DNA of 64,000 nucleotides from Planctomycetota bacterium (GCA_038227875.1 JBBRPR010000007.1:151838-215837); one strand, 5' to 3'. Shown: positions 20,201-29,476, counted from the first letter of the stretch. Translations and numbers: made by a program. Notes: generated by a model not told the origin, from the sequence alone.

Positions 20201-21231
20201 TCACGAAGTACTTCTACGCCGACGAGAAGGCCGCCTCCACGTCCTACGCGAAGCTGGCCAAGAAGTTCGTCGAGAAGGATGCCTACGAACGTCTGGCCGG
20301 TACCGATGCGCTGGCCAAAGCCCCTGGCGATGACGTCAAGCTCACAGCTCTGCAGATTGAAGAGCGCAAGGTCAACAAGACGTACTATGAACCGATGAAG
20401 ATCAAGGTCCGCTTCCAACGCGGCGAAGGCCGCATCGCCGATCACATGATCAAGTTCGAAACGGCGCGCGGAATCGACGGCGCCAGCCAGCAACAGGCGC
20501 CGCCCAGCCTGAGCTACGAAGGCGGCAAGGTTCAGCCGGACTGGCTGTACCAGTTCCTCCACAGCGTTTACCCGCTGCGCCAGGGGCTGTACATCCGCAT
20601 GCCCAGCTTCTGGACCGATGGGCCGTACTCGAAGTACAAGTCGATCTACCCGGCGGGACATCTGTCGGCGATCGATCCGCTCAAGCGCGGTACCGGCTTC
20701 GCCGGCGAGCCGCTGCCCTCGGCGGAAGCCGTCAAGCTGGCCGATCTCCCCGACGATGCCGCGCAGGTCGTCGATTACTTCATCGCCGACTCCGGTCAGA
20801 AGGCCTACGGCACACAACCCGGACCGGTGGGCGACACCGACAAGAAGCAGTATACCGACGGCCAGTTCCTGATCTTCGGCGACGAAAAAGCCGGCGGCAT
20901 GGGCTGCGTCAACTGTCACGCGGTCGGCACCAAGATTCCGAAGGAAGCGAAGTGGGCGCCGAATCTCGCCAGCGCCAAGCGCCGCCTCCGTCCGGAATGG
21001 GTCCAGCGATTCCTGATCTTCCCCGCGGCGATCTACCCGTGGACGAACATGCCCAACAATTTCCATTTCGATTGGGACAACTACAAATACTCCACCGATC
21101 CCAACAATCAGTTGAAGGGCATCCAGGAAGGCAACGAAGAGAACCTGAAGACGTGGGGTTCGAAGATCCAGGCCGCCAAGTTCTACCTGATGCACTCCGG
21201 CGAAGCTGAAATCGGCGGCGACGGGAAGTAA
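17239..21231 (+). CDS. Membrane-anchored octaheme cytochrome c (1330 aa)
   Basis: Eight CxxCH motifs: CVSCH, CTVCH, CLKCH, CTNCH, CLGCH, CFGCH, CTGCH, CVNCH. N-terminal TM and coiled coil, repeated GPDL...W...P...MP class-I domains. Confidence 0.92.
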   Translation: MAKKGGPSIKNMHIAFGAASVVLVLATVYAFVQDYTRDFTPYQKQYNKLEMARLEKEKATADEQVQEPDYSKEVSDVNDKIKAGKEALDAKKADVDKANADIKTIDNKLQLEKRNLNFLKADLQTKNYEVDAAKDENSKAARRKERDELSKKVDEKFALVEDLKAQREAATKVIVDATADYKNALKEHDVLLASETDLAAKIKKAKGSTIINLAKDAPGINFIAPNYHIEQAVLTDLPEDRFFAKTMRVDRCVSCHKAIENPDPSYANRPEGLDKVLRSHPQLDLFVSPNSKHPYNKFGCTVCHQGKPMGTTFTRAAHSPQNPEQAEEWEKKFGWEYLHYWDNKMLPLQHTEASCLKCHRGLDEVPKASKLNEGRYLFRDRGCTNCHMGASGDKDMAWVGRIGPDLRRIGEKTNIEWARNWILNPWDFRATTKMPRFFGLENRTDEDMKLAVGSDHLPRDPVEVEAIATYLFTTSKLRETPPPDAPAGDVEAGRLLFSGIGCLGCHATIDQKDPNKFDVNHHGPDLSRVGEKLTPGWLYAWLKAPRNYWPETKMPNLRLSDKEAADLTAYLMTTMKVPGKKLEAQKEAPEDAFDQVIRDKLGATTPVVKLTEMLGDPIKLMDESLHNKVKMASKKEADGTSKMVDTGEGEWTEGQIAKLKEFINKSPNPKRTAKAFYTGETLIQHHGCFGCHNIQGWTFAPLTCVNLAGEADKDLEKLDFGKTQTDKHPIGHTKWDWFYTKIARPRVYDMGKLELIKPFDRLRMPWFGYSKPEGEAAKEGDHHFHPEDNADLENNNTPNGLNPRQIERLVTHILSLTMEPIPVEKQHAPSPQEVAIDRGHRVIRELNCTGCHLVGLNGSPEPGGEPLPEEIPVEGLVALLPQAGPGSPSEMRKPGNLFYVDEDVVSLTYEEKTDGTKEPFTMPGYLNVLRGSYITDKTAPIILAEKRVRANSLLPFIPVGFTFQDKANPKKGVVSYGDVVSEARFLEVTKYFYADEKAASTSYAKLAKKFVEKDAYERLAGTDALAKAPGDDVKLTALQIEERKVNKTYYEPMKIKVRFQRGEGRIADHMIKFETARGIDGASQQQAPPSLSYEGGKVQPDWLYQFLHSVYPLRQGLYIRMPSFWTDGPYSKYKSIYPAGHLSAIDPLKRGTGFAGEPLPSAEAVKLADLPDDAAQVVDYFIADSGQKAYGTQPGPVGDTDKKQYTDGQFLIFGDEKAGGMGCVNCHAVGTKIPKEAKWAPNLASAKRRLRPEWVQRFLIFPAAIYPWTNMPNNFHFDWDNYKYSTDPNNQLKGIQEGNEENLKTWGSKIQAAKFYLMHSGEAEIGGDGK

Positions 21232-21258
21232 TCCGCTCGACGAAGTCGCAGGCAAATT

Positions 21259-21298
21259 CAAAACGGACAAGCGTGAAAGCGCTTGTCCGTTTTGCTTT
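21259..21298 (+). terminator. Intrinsic terminator
   Basis: CAAAACGGACAAGCG-TGAAAG-CGCTTGTCCGTTTTG then CTTT. Confidence 0.8.
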
Positions 21299-21343
21299 CA
21301 CACACGTGGTACTTTTACTCCGTCGCCGGTATACTCTGAAACC

Positions 21344-22129
21344 ATGCCCTCAAAGAAATCTCCGCCCAAGGAAATCGATCCCGTCGCCAGCAGTAGCAGC
21401 AAAGCGCTGACGCGTGGCTTGGAAATCCTGCGGTTGCTGGTCGAATCCGAGCCGATGACGTCAACAGAAGTCGCCGCCAAGCTGGGCCTGCATCAAAGTT
21501 CCGCGTCGCGCATTTTGAAAGTCTTGAGTACCGCCGGCTACGTACGCAAGCCGACGTACCAGAGCTTCACCGTCGACTACGGCGTGCTCACCATGGTCGG
21601 CCGCGCGGTCCACAATTTCAAAATGATGACCCGGCCGCGCGCGATCATCGCTCAGCTGGCCGAAAAGCATCCCGATTTCCTGATCACGCTCGGCACGCTC
21701 TGGCAGGGCGAGCTGCTCTACCTGCTCCGCGCGCAACACGGCCAGGACGTCATCTCCGGCTACGCCGGCAGCTATCCCGTGCACCTTTCGACCGTCGGCA
21801 TGCGCCTGCTGCTCGATCGACCGGAAAAAGAAGCGATCGAAGTCCTCAACGCCAGCAAGCGACGCTACGGCTGGGAACGCCCGACGCCGCTGGTGCCGCA
21901 GACGCCCGCGGAGTGCCTCAAGATCGTCCGTACATTTCTGCGCGAGGACTGCCTCCCACTGGTGAATTGGCAGAACAAGACGACCTTCGGCGTCTCCATT
22001 CCGATCAGCGTGCCAGGTGAACCCGTTTGCGCGCTGGCCTTCTCCGGCAAACCCGGCAGCGAACCGGTCGATCAAATCCTGCTCTACCTGCACGATGGAA
22101 GGCGCGCCATCGAAGCCGCGCTGACTTAG
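21344..22129 (+). CDS. IclR-family transcriptional regulator
   Basis: ALTRGLEILRLL, HTH (EVAAKLGLHQSSASRIL), PVHLSTVG effector-domain motif. Confidence 0.85.
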   Translation: MPSKKSPPKEIDPVASSSSKALTRGLEILRLLVESEPMTSTEVAAKLGLHQSSASRILKVLSTAGYVRKPTYQSFTVDYGVLTMVGRAVHNFKMMTRPRAIIAQLAEKHPDFLITLGTLWQGELLYLLRAQHGQDVISGYAGSYPVHLSTVGMRLLLDRPEKEAIEVLNASKRRYGWERPTPLVPQTPAECLKIVRTFLREDCLPLVNWQNKTTFGVSIPISVPGEPVCALAFSGKPGSEPVDQILLYLHDGRRAIEAALT

Positions 22130-22151
22130 CAGTTACGTAACTTCTTGACAC

Positions 22152-22186
22152 AAAAAAGCGCGGCAGATTTCTCTGCCGCGCTTTTC
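22152..22186. terminator. Bidirectional intrinsic terminator
   Basis: AAAAAAGCGCGGCAGA-TTTC-TCTGCCGCGCTTTT between convergent genes. Confidence 0.8.
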
Positions 22187-22209
22187 TCATTTTAAAAGTC
22201 TCAGTATTT

Positions 22210-23127
22210 CTACGGCAACGACGCGCTGCTGCTTGATGTCGCGGAAGTCCGGTGAGCTACATGCGGCGTCGCGCTGTGCGTGCCGATCGACGTGTGCGCG
22301 GTGTACTGGATCGGGACGCCAATCGCGCCGTCGCCGAGCGACGCGCGGAAGGAACCGACGTCCAGCGCGCGGCCGGGGCACTGCGTGCTCTTGCCTGGGA
22401 CATTGCCGTGGCCAATCACTTCGGACGAAGGCACGCCCGTCTTGACCTGCAGGAAGCGGACGAGCCGGCGCAGGCTGGCCATCTGGTTGGGCGTTGGTGT
22501 GCCGCCATTTTCGAAATCGCCGACCAGGCAGATGCCGATTCCGTGCTGGTTGTATTCAATGTTGCCCGCGTGAGCACCCTGCATCTGGCGGCTCCAGCGG
22601 AATCCGACTTCGACTTCGCCATCGCCCGACGCCGAGCCATTGCCGATCACGAAGTGGTAGCCCAGGCCGTCCCAGCCGCGGTCGCGATGCGCCTTATCGA
22701 AAATCGACGCCGAACCCACCGCGCTGGCCGAGTGATGCACCACGATATGCCGCCATTCGCGCGTGATCGGAATATCCCACGCCGGATCAGCCGAGACGCC
22801 CGTATCCTGAACCACGCGAGTCCGCGTAGGCGGCGCGATCACAATCGGCGCCGGCGCAGGCATGGAATAAATGCGGTCGATGTCTTCCTGGGATCGTGGA
22901 CGGTAAATGGTGGTCTGCGAGGCCGTCGGCGCTTCCACCGGCGGAGCGGCTTCGGCGACGCGCTGCAATTCCGGGTTGGGCGTGCGCGAGGAGTCGGCGT
23001 GGTTGCTGCTGCTGCACCCGGAGAGCATCAGCGCGAACGCTCCAGCTCCTCCGGTGATCCACAGCGGCATGCGACTGAAGCGATTAAGTGTCCCGGTCTT
23101 CGAATTCAGCGCGCCGCTGTGGTTCAT
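22210..23127 (-). CDS. Lipoprotein N-acetylmuramoyl-L-alanine amidase (Amidase_2/PGRP-like)
   Basis: Lipobox LSGC, IVVHHSA, GLGYHFVIGNG, GAHAG, GIGICLVGDF, GH...TQCPG. Start may be 23070. Confidence 0.88.
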   Translation of the reverse strand: MNHSGALNSKTGTLNRFSRMPLWITGGAGAFALMLSGCSSSNHADSSRTPNPELQRVAEAAPPVEAPTASQTTIYRPRSQEDIDRIYSMPAPAPIVIAPPTRTRVVQDTGVSADPAWDIPITREWRHIVVHHSASAVGSASIFDKAHRDRGWDGLGYHFVIGNGSASGDGEVEVGFRWSRQMQGAHAGNIEYNQHGIGICLVGDFENGGTPTPNQMASLRRLVRFLQVKTGVPSSEVIGHGNVPGKSTQCPGRALDVGSFRASLGDGAIGVPIQYTAHTSIGTHSATPHVAHRTSATSSSSASLP

Positions 23128-23142
23128 CTGTTTTGACGCTCC

Positions 23143-24006
23143 TCAAGTGATCCTGTTGACTACTTTTCCCAGTCCCTGAACTTCCAATTCCACTGTATCG
23201 CCGCGCTTCAACAACTGCGGCGGCTTCAAAAACACGCCCACGCCCGAAGGCGTTCCCGTCGCGATCACATCGCCCGGCTGCAGCGTCACGCCGCGCGTGA
23301 TATACGCGATGATTTCCGCGACGGAGAAGATCATTCTTTCCGTCGACGAATTCTGACGCAGATCTCCGTTCACTTTGCAGGTCAGCTTCAGCGCCTGCGG
23401 ATTCCCCACTTCATCCGGCGTCACCAGCGCCGGCCCGAATGGCGCAAAGGTGTCGAACGACTTGCCGCGGTACCACTGCTTGTCCCCGAACTGGCAACAG
23501 CGCGCCGAGACGTCGTTCAGCGTGCAGTACCCGGCGACATACTTCTCAAAATCGGCGGCCGCCACGTTCTTCGCCGTCTTGCCGATGATCACGCCCAGCT
23601 CGACTTCGTAATCCAACTGCTCGACGCCGTCGGGGTAGATCACATCATCATTCGGTCCAGCCGCCGCCATCGGCGACTTGCCGAACAGCAGCGGAGCCTT
23701 CGGGTACGGCACGTTCTGTTCGTCGGCGTGGTCCTTGTAATTCAGCCCCACACAGACGATCTGTCCCGGCCGAGGCACCGGCGCGCCCAGTCGCACGCCC
23801 TCAGCCTTAAACCAGGCTTTACCTGCTGTGGATGGTGTATCGGCCAGAATTCGTCTGGCCCTTTCCCAAAAATTGCCGCGAAGAAATTGTTTCATCGAAG
23901 GCGGAATGGTCCCGTCGGCCGCATTCAGGTCCAGAATCCGCTTTCCGTCCTCAACCCAGGCGCCCAACCGCTCTTCGCCAGCCGGCCCAAAGCTCACTAA
24001 TCGCAT
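23143..24006 (-). CDS. Fumarylacetoacetate hydrolase family protein
   Basis: CVGLNYKDH, DYEVEL, NDVSAR, GKSFDTF, GDVIATGTPSGVG. Confidence 0.95.
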   Translation of the reverse strand: MRLVSFGPAGEERLGAWVEDGKRILDLNAADGTIPPSMKQFLRGNFWERARRILADTPSTAGKAWFKAEGVRLGAPVPRPGQIVCVGLNYKDHADEQNVPYPKAPLLFGKSPMAAAGPNDDVIYPDGVEQLDYEVELGVIIGKTAKNVAAADFEKYVAGYCTLNDVSARCCQFGDKQWYRGKSFDTFAPFGPALVTPDEVGNPQALKLTCKVNGDLRQNSSTERMIFSVAEIIAYITRGVTLQPGDVIATGTPSGVGVFLKPPQLLKRGDTVELEVQGLGKVVNRIT

Positions 24007-24218
24007 TTGCGTTTCTCCTCGATTTTTGATGTCAGTAATTGCGAAATCAGAGAACGAATCACTACCGACCCTGTCGCGAATTCGTGACAGGGTGCCCGAT
24101 TTTAACCACCCGGTAAATTTACCGGGAGGTCAAAATGACCTATTTAGAAATTAATGAGTTGCGCCTTAACCTTGTTCACCGCGCTTTCGACATTCATCGT
24201 TCATCCTTCGCCGTTCAG

Positions 24219-25889
24219 TCAATATTCCCTGAACCGATGCGCGATCGGCATCCGTCGTCCGGTGCCGAACGCCTTCGGACTGATCTTCAAACCTGGTGCG
24301 CCCTGCCGGCGTTTGTATTCGTTGAGGTCGATCATGCGCAGCACTTTCATCACGATCGCGCGGTCGTAGCCCTGCTTCACAATTTCGTCAGCGCTGACGT
24401 GGTGCTCGATCGCTTCTTTCAGGATGGCGTCGAGCATGTCGTAGGGCGGCAACGAATCCTGATCCTTCTGGTTGAAGCGCAATTCCGCCGTCGGCGCCTT
24501 GGTGATGCTCGATTGCGGGATCGGCGGGTTGGCCGGATTCATCGCATTGAGGTGATTGGCCAGGCGATAGACCATCATCTTGTAGACGTCGCTGATTACC
24601 GCCAGGCCGCCGCACATGTCGCCGTAGAGCGTACAGTATCCGGTGGCCAGTTCCGATTTGTTCCCCGTCGTCAGCAGCAGGTGTCCGAACTTGTTCGACA
24701 TCGCCATCAGCAGCACGCCACGGATGCGCGCCTGCATGTTTTCTTCCGTCACGTCTTCATTCCGGCCCGCGAAAACCTGCGAAAGCGCGTTCTTAATTTC
24801 CGTGAATGGCCCTTCGATCGCCACCTCGTGGAACTGGATCCCCAGCCGTTGCGCGAGGTCCTTCGCGTCGCTGAGACTCTCCGGCGAATTAAAGCGAGAC
24901 GGCAGCGCCACGCCGGTGACGTTCTGTGGCCCGAACGCTTCCGCCGCGATCACCGCGACAACCGCCGAATCGATACCGCCCGAGAGACCCAGCACCGCCG
25001 ATTTGAAGCCGCACTTCCGCGCGTAATCGCGGGTACCGAGCACCAAGGCGCGGCGAATTTCTTCCTCGACCGCCAGATGCCCCTTCTCCAGTTCGGTCGC
25101 CACGGGCGGGGCACGCAGATCGACCACTGTTACCGCGTCTTCAAATGCCGGTCCGCACGCGATCACTTCGCCCCGGGCGTTGAAGGCCATCGAACGGCCG
25201 TCGAAGACCAGGTCGTCGTTGCCGCCCACTTGATTCACATAGATCAACGGCCGCTCGTATTTTTTCGCGATCGCCGAGAGCATCGACTGCTTGGAGGCGT
25301 GCTTTTCCATGCTGTACGGCGAGGCCGACAGATTCAGCAGCACTTCCGCGCCGCGGCGGACGAGATCTTCCATCGGGTCGAACGCATAGCGGCGCTGCGC
25401 CCAGAAATCCTTGTCGTTCCAGCAGTCTTCGCAGATCGACAACCCCAGCGTCATCCGACTGCCTGCGCGACGCTGCAGTGTCGTCACCAGAGGCGCCGAG
25501 CCGCTCTGAAAATAGCGGTCTTCGTCGAACACGTCGTACGTCGGCAACAGCGATTTGTGCCCGACGTCGATGATCTTGCCGTCCTGAATCATCGCGCAGG
25601 AATTGAACAGCCCCCGCCCCACGCCCTGCCCGCGACGATGGACGATGCCAATCACCGCTGGCGTTCCGCGCAGTTCGTCGCGGAGCCGTTCGATGGCGCG
25701 GTCCTGAGCTTCCAGAAACGCCGGTTTCTCAAGCAGATCGCGAGCCGGATACCCGAGCAGACACATCTCGGAGAAGACCGTGAGTTCCGCACCCTGCACA
25801 GCCGCCTTCTTGGCCGCCGCGACAATCTGCGCACAATTCCCGTCAAAATCCCCGACGGTGGGGTTGATCTGAGCCATGCCGATTTTCAT
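24219..25889 (-). CDS. nadE: Glutamine-dependent NAD+ synthetase
   Basis: Nitrilase domain (E, K..LP.YDVFDE, ICED) plus SGGIDS, ENMQARIRG, TGNKSE, YKRRQ. Confidence 0.96.
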   Translation of the reverse strand: MKIGMAQINPTVGDFDGNCAQIVAAAKKAAVQGAELTVFSEMCLLGYPARDLLEKPAFLEAQDRAIERLRDELRGTPAVIGIVHRRGQGVGRGLFNSCAMIQDGKIIDVGHKSLLPTYDVFDEDRYFQSGSAPLVTTLQRRAGSRMTLGLSICEDCWNDKDFWAQRRYAFDPMEDLVRRGAEVLLNLSASPYSMEKHASKQSMLSAIAKKYERPLIYVNQVGGNDDLVFDGRSMAFNARGEVIACGPAFEDAVTVVDLRAPPVATELEKGHLAVEEEIRRALVLGTRDYARKCGFKSAVLGLSGGIDSAVVAVIAAEAFGPQNVTGVALPSRFNSPESLSDAKDLAQRLGIQFHEVAIEGPFTEIKNALSQVFAGRNEDVTEENMQARIRGVLLMAMSNKFGHLLLTTGNKSELATGYCTLYGDMCGGLAVISDVYKMMVYRLANHLNAMNPANPPIPQSSITKAPTAELRFNQKDQDSLPPYDMLDAILKEAIEHHVSADEIVKQGYDRAIVMKVLRMIDLNEYKRRQGAPGLKISPKAFGTGRRMPIAHRFREY

Positions 25890-25970
25890 GAATTTCGTTT
25901 CTAGCACAGCCCCGCGCGCCATTCAACGCGCGTAGCGCGGCAGCGTTTTACCTTTGCCGCGAGTCGAAGC

Positions 25971-26936
25971 TCACTTCTCTTTACGCGTAAACGAGATCGC
26001 GGACTTCCCTGTCACGTCCATGCCCTGCCGCTGGCCTTCGATTTCGCCGTCGATGTGGTACTTCACGTCGTTATTGATGGTACCTTCGACGAAATATCCG
26101 GTAGCGGGATCGAAGAGCGCGGTGCCGGTGACGGTGTCGGTGACGTGGCTGATTTCGGCGAGCATACCTTTGGGATTTTCGCCTTTCAGGTCGGTGTGCT
26201 CCATGGCGGAGACCAGTTCGAGCTGCGCCAGTTTCTTGCCGTCTTTCGTCTCCCATTTTGCAAACGTGACTTTGGAATGAACGATGGCCGGCTTGGCCAG
26301 TTTGAAGTCGCCGATGCTGGGCATCGTAAACGTGTCCTGCCACGATTCGCCGGGCTTGACGCTCTTGCCCGCCAGCAGCGGGAAAATCGTCTGCGCGCCG
26401 CCGGAGCGGAACATCTCAACCATGGCACTTTCGCCCTGCATTTCCGACTGGCGGCCCGTTCCGTCCATCATCGTGTGCGCTTCGCCGGTCTCCAGTAGCT
26501 TCATCTGGTCCAGGTAGGTGTTGACCGAATCGGTGCCGATGTCGTTCTCACTGTCGATCAGCACTTTCCCGTTCTCGGTATATTTTACTTTCTCGCGTGA
26601 AACGGTCAGATCGGTCTTCATCTCATCGCCGATCGATCGCCGGTCGGTGTAGTTGATGTTCTGCAGCCGCAACGCCACCGGCGTCTGTTCGCCCTTGGCC
26701 GGAAGTCCTTTGATCTGCAGCGTCATCGCGAACACAAATTCGCTCGAGATCGTGAACGGCTTGCCTTCCGCGCGCCCATTGGAAATGCTGTTGGACGTGA
26801 TCGTCCAGGCATAATGAAGTGAATCGCCGGACTTGATGCGTAATTTGAGTTCCGCCGCCTCATCGTCAGCCGCGAAACAAACCCGCGCCACCACGAGTAC
26901 AATCAAACCCAGTGCTGCGATTTTTCGCATACGCAT
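25971..26936 (-). CDS. Secreted beta-rich hypothetical protein
   Basis: Signal peptide, GAGGT RBS, VKPGESW motif and FD..TG beta architecture (DUF6263-like by eye). Confidence 0.65.
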   Translation of the reverse strand: MRMRKIAALGLIVLVVARVCFAADDEAAELKLRIKSGDSLHYAWTITSNSISNGRAEGKPFTISSEFVFAMTLQIKGLPAKGEQTPVALRLQNINYTDRRSIGDEMKTDLTVSREKVKYTENGKVLIDSENDIGTDSVNTYLDQMKLLETGEAHTMMDGTGRQSEMQGESAMVEMFRSGGAQTIFPLLAGKSVKPGESWQDTFTMPSIGDFKLAKPAIVHSKVTFAKWETKDGKKLAQLELVSAMEHTDLKGENPKGMLAEISHVTDTVTGTALFDPATGYFVEGTINNDVKYHIDGEIEGQRQGMDVTGKSAISFTRKEK

Positions 26937-27060
26937 AACCTCAAAGGAACCTTAGTCGAAACACTGTACGCGAGCTTTTACACGGCGCAATGCCGCCCAC
27001 TGTGCCATGGATGAGCGACTGTATTCGCTACGCTCACACATTCGCACATCCATGGCACAA

Positions 27061-27840
27061 TCACGCCGGCCGCTGATCTTCCGGCAGCGCCGACTTCACC
27101 GCCTCAAAAACCTTCTCGAGCAGCGCGTCGCGATCCTCACGCGATGCGTTTTCATCGAGCAGAATCGGCTCATGAAAGACAACGTGAACCGTGCCCTTGC
27201 GCACCACGTACCGGCCCTTCGGGTTGACCCGGCACGCATCGATCAACGTGACCGGAACGACCGGAATTCCCAGCCGCACCGCCAAGCCAAAACTTCCCTT
27301 CTTGAAGGGCTGCAACCGTCCGTCCGGGCTGCGCGTGCCTTCTGGAAAGATGATGTACGAATACGGAATCGCGCGCTTTTTCTGCATCAGCTTCTGGAAC
27401 ATCTCCGCCGAATGCCGCGGACTTTCGCGCCGGATCGGGATGAATCCCGTGGCGCTCATCGCCCACCCCATGAACGGAACTTTGAAGAGCGATTCTTTAG
27501 CCATGAAGCGCACGTTGAATTCCGGCAGACACGCATTCATCAGAATCGGAATGTCCATGGCGCTCTGGTGATTGCTTAAGAATACGTACGACTTTCCGGA
27601 TTCCATTTTTCCGCGGCGCTCAACGACGGTGCGCACACCGGAGACGGCCATCGTTCCTCGCGGCCACATCATCACGCCGAATTTGGCCAGCGTCTGCAGA
27701 TTCAGCAGCCCGAAAATCGTGCACCAGATGCCCCAGACCGAGCACCAGAAGATCGAAAATAAAAACATGAACACACCCCGCAACCCGCCGCCAGTGTTGG
27801 CGGGGCGCGAAGTCAATTCAGGTACGTGAAAGTCCGACAC
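27061..27840 (-). CDS. plsC: 1-acyl-sn-glycerol-3-phosphate acyltransferase
   Basis: NHQSAMD and FPEGTRS motifs. Confidence 0.92.
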   Translation of the reverse strand: MSDFHVPELTSRPANTGGGLRGVFMFLFSIFWCSVWGIWCTIFGLLNLQTLAKFGVMMWPRGTMAVSGVRTVVERRGKMESGKSYVFLSNHQSAMDIPILMNACLPEFNVRFMAKESLFKVPFMGWAMSATGFIPIRRESPRHSAEMFQKLMQKKRAIPYSYIIFPEGTRSPDGRLQPFKKGSFGLAVRLGIPVVPVTLIDACRVNPKGRYVVRKGTVHVVFHEPILLDENASREDRDALLEKVFEAVKSALPEDQRPA

Positions 27841-27855
27841 GATGACTCCAGCAAA

Positions 27856-27930
27856 TGCAGGCGGGACGCCTGGGCCACAACTTTATTGCCGCGCGTCAGC
27901 GCGAATTGTGTTGCAGGCGTCCCGCCTGCA
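27856..27930. repeat. REP-like inverted doublet
   Basis: TGCAGGCGGGACGCCTG...CAGGCGTCCCGCCTGCA, with each arm internally palindromic. Confidence 0.7.
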
Positions 27931-27934
27931 ACCC

Positions 27935-28555
27935 TTACGCGCGTGTCAGATCCGCCCAGTGCGATTTCGGCCGCACCGCCTGCGAACCCTTCTTACACAG
28001 TGGACATTCCTCCGCCTTCCACATGTGGATGTCCGGAGAGAGCAGCGAACGGATCTCGCGTCCGTTCAACTGCGTCGATCCCGACCGATTCACGAGGCAA
28101 ATGATGTACGGCAGAATCCGCGCGTCGTCCACCCCGCTCTGCTTGATGCCCTCGATGGTCTTCAACGTCGAACCGCCGGTGGAGATCGTGTCTTCTACCA
28201 CGAGCACGCGTTCCGTCGGACCGACTTCGAAGCGCGAGAGTTTCATCGCGTCGCCGTCTTTCTCCGTGAACGCCGCATTCACCTTCAACGCCAACGCCAC
28301 CGCGTATGCAAACGTGACGGCGCCGGCCGCCGAGCCGATCACCCAATCAATTTTCTCGGTCGGCAACTTGGGCTGCAATCCATGCGGATCGGAAAGGATG
28401 CGCTGGAGCAGTTCCGGCGTCTGCGTCACTTTCGTGCAGTTCACAAATCCGTCGGAATGCATGCCGCTGGTCAGCAGCGCGTGCGGACGCGTCGGTTTGC
28501 CATCGTGAATCCAGACTGCCCCTTTTTCCTGAAACACATTCTGCCACTGCGTCAT
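27935..28555 (-). CDS. pyrE: Orotate phosphoribosyltransferase
   Basis: LLTSGMHS, PRPP-binding VLVVEDTISTGGS, C-terminal CPLC, GGAGGT RBS. Confidence 0.88.
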   Translation of the reverse strand: MTQWQNVFQEKGAVWIHDGKPTRPHALLTSGMHSDGFVNCTKVTQTPELLQRILSDPHGLQPKLPTEKIDWVIGSAAGAVTFAYAVALALKVNAAFTEKDGDAMKLSRFEVGPTERVLVVEDTISTGGSTLKTIEGIKQSGVDDARILPYIICLVNRSGSTQLNGREIRSLLSPDIHMWKAEECPLCKKGSQAVRPKSHWADLTRA

Positions 28556-28626
28556 TGCGACCTCCGTGCCCGTACAAACAACTGCGCTTGCGCCCCAGTC
28601 AACCTTCGCCATTATGTTCAGAAGCC

Positions 28627-29448
28627 ATGACGATACATCCTTCCGCAATAATTTCGAGTCGCGCTGAGTTGGGCGCGGATGTTCAGGTCGATGCCTACGC
28701 CATCATCGAAGACGGCGTACACGTCGGCGAGGGCACGCGCGTCCGCGCTCGCGCGCAGCTGTGCTCCGGCACGGTGTTGGGCAAGCGCTGCGACATTCAC
28801 ATGAATGCCGTAATCGGTCACACGCCGCAGGATTTCTCATTTAAGGGAGAGCCGATCGCCACGATCCTCGGCGACGGCGTCACAGTCCGCGAAAACGCCA
28901 CGATTCACGGCACCAAATCCGAGGGCGGAAAAGCCACGCGCGTCGGCGACAACTGCTACCTGATGGTCGGCAGCCACGTCGCTCACGATTGCCATCTCGG
29001 TCATAACGTGCTGCTGGCCAACGGTGCGTTGCTCGCCGGCCACGTTCACGTTGATGACGGCGCGATGATCTCCGGCAACGTGGTCATCCACCAGTTTGTA
29101 CGCGTCGGAACTCTGGCAATTTTGTCCGGTGGCAGCCGTTTCGGCATGGACATTCCGCCCTACCTTATAGGCGACGGCGCCAACGCCGTGACCATCTTGA
29201 ATGCCGTCGGTCTGCGCCGCGCCAAACATCTTTCCGATCAAGATCGCAGAGAAATTAAGGCCGCATACCGGCTACTCTACCGCACCGGTTTAGACCTTCA
29301 AGACGCCTTGGTCCGCATCCAGGCCGAACTCCCAAGCCCCGCCGTCCAGCGCTGGGTTGAATTCTTTAAATCGCCTAGCCGTCGAGGTTTCTGTCGATTC
29401 CGGGCGGGCGGAAGACGCCAGGCAACCCCTGAACCCGACGCCTCATAA
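28627..29448 (+). CDS. lpxA: Acyl-ACP--UDP-N-acetylglucosamine O-acyltransferase
   Basis: IHPSAII, hexapeptide repeats, PQD, HVAHDC, LAGHV, IHQFVRVG, N.VGLRR. Confidence 0.9.
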   Translation: MTIHPSAIISSRAELGADVQVDAYAIIEDGVHVGEGTRVRARAQLCSGTVLGKRCDIHMNAVIGHTPQDFSFKGEPIATILGDGVTVRENATIHGTKSEGGKATRVGDNCYLMVGSHVAHDCHLGHNVLLANGALLAGHVHVDDGAMISGNVVIHQFVRVGTLAILSGGSRFGMDIPPYLIGDGANAVTILNAVGLRRAKHLSDQDRREIKAAYRLLYRTGLDLQDALVRIQAELPSPAVQRWVEFFKSPSRRGFCRFRAGGRRQATPEPDAS

Positions 29449-29476
29449 ACGCACCGCTCCAAGCCCGACAGGATCC

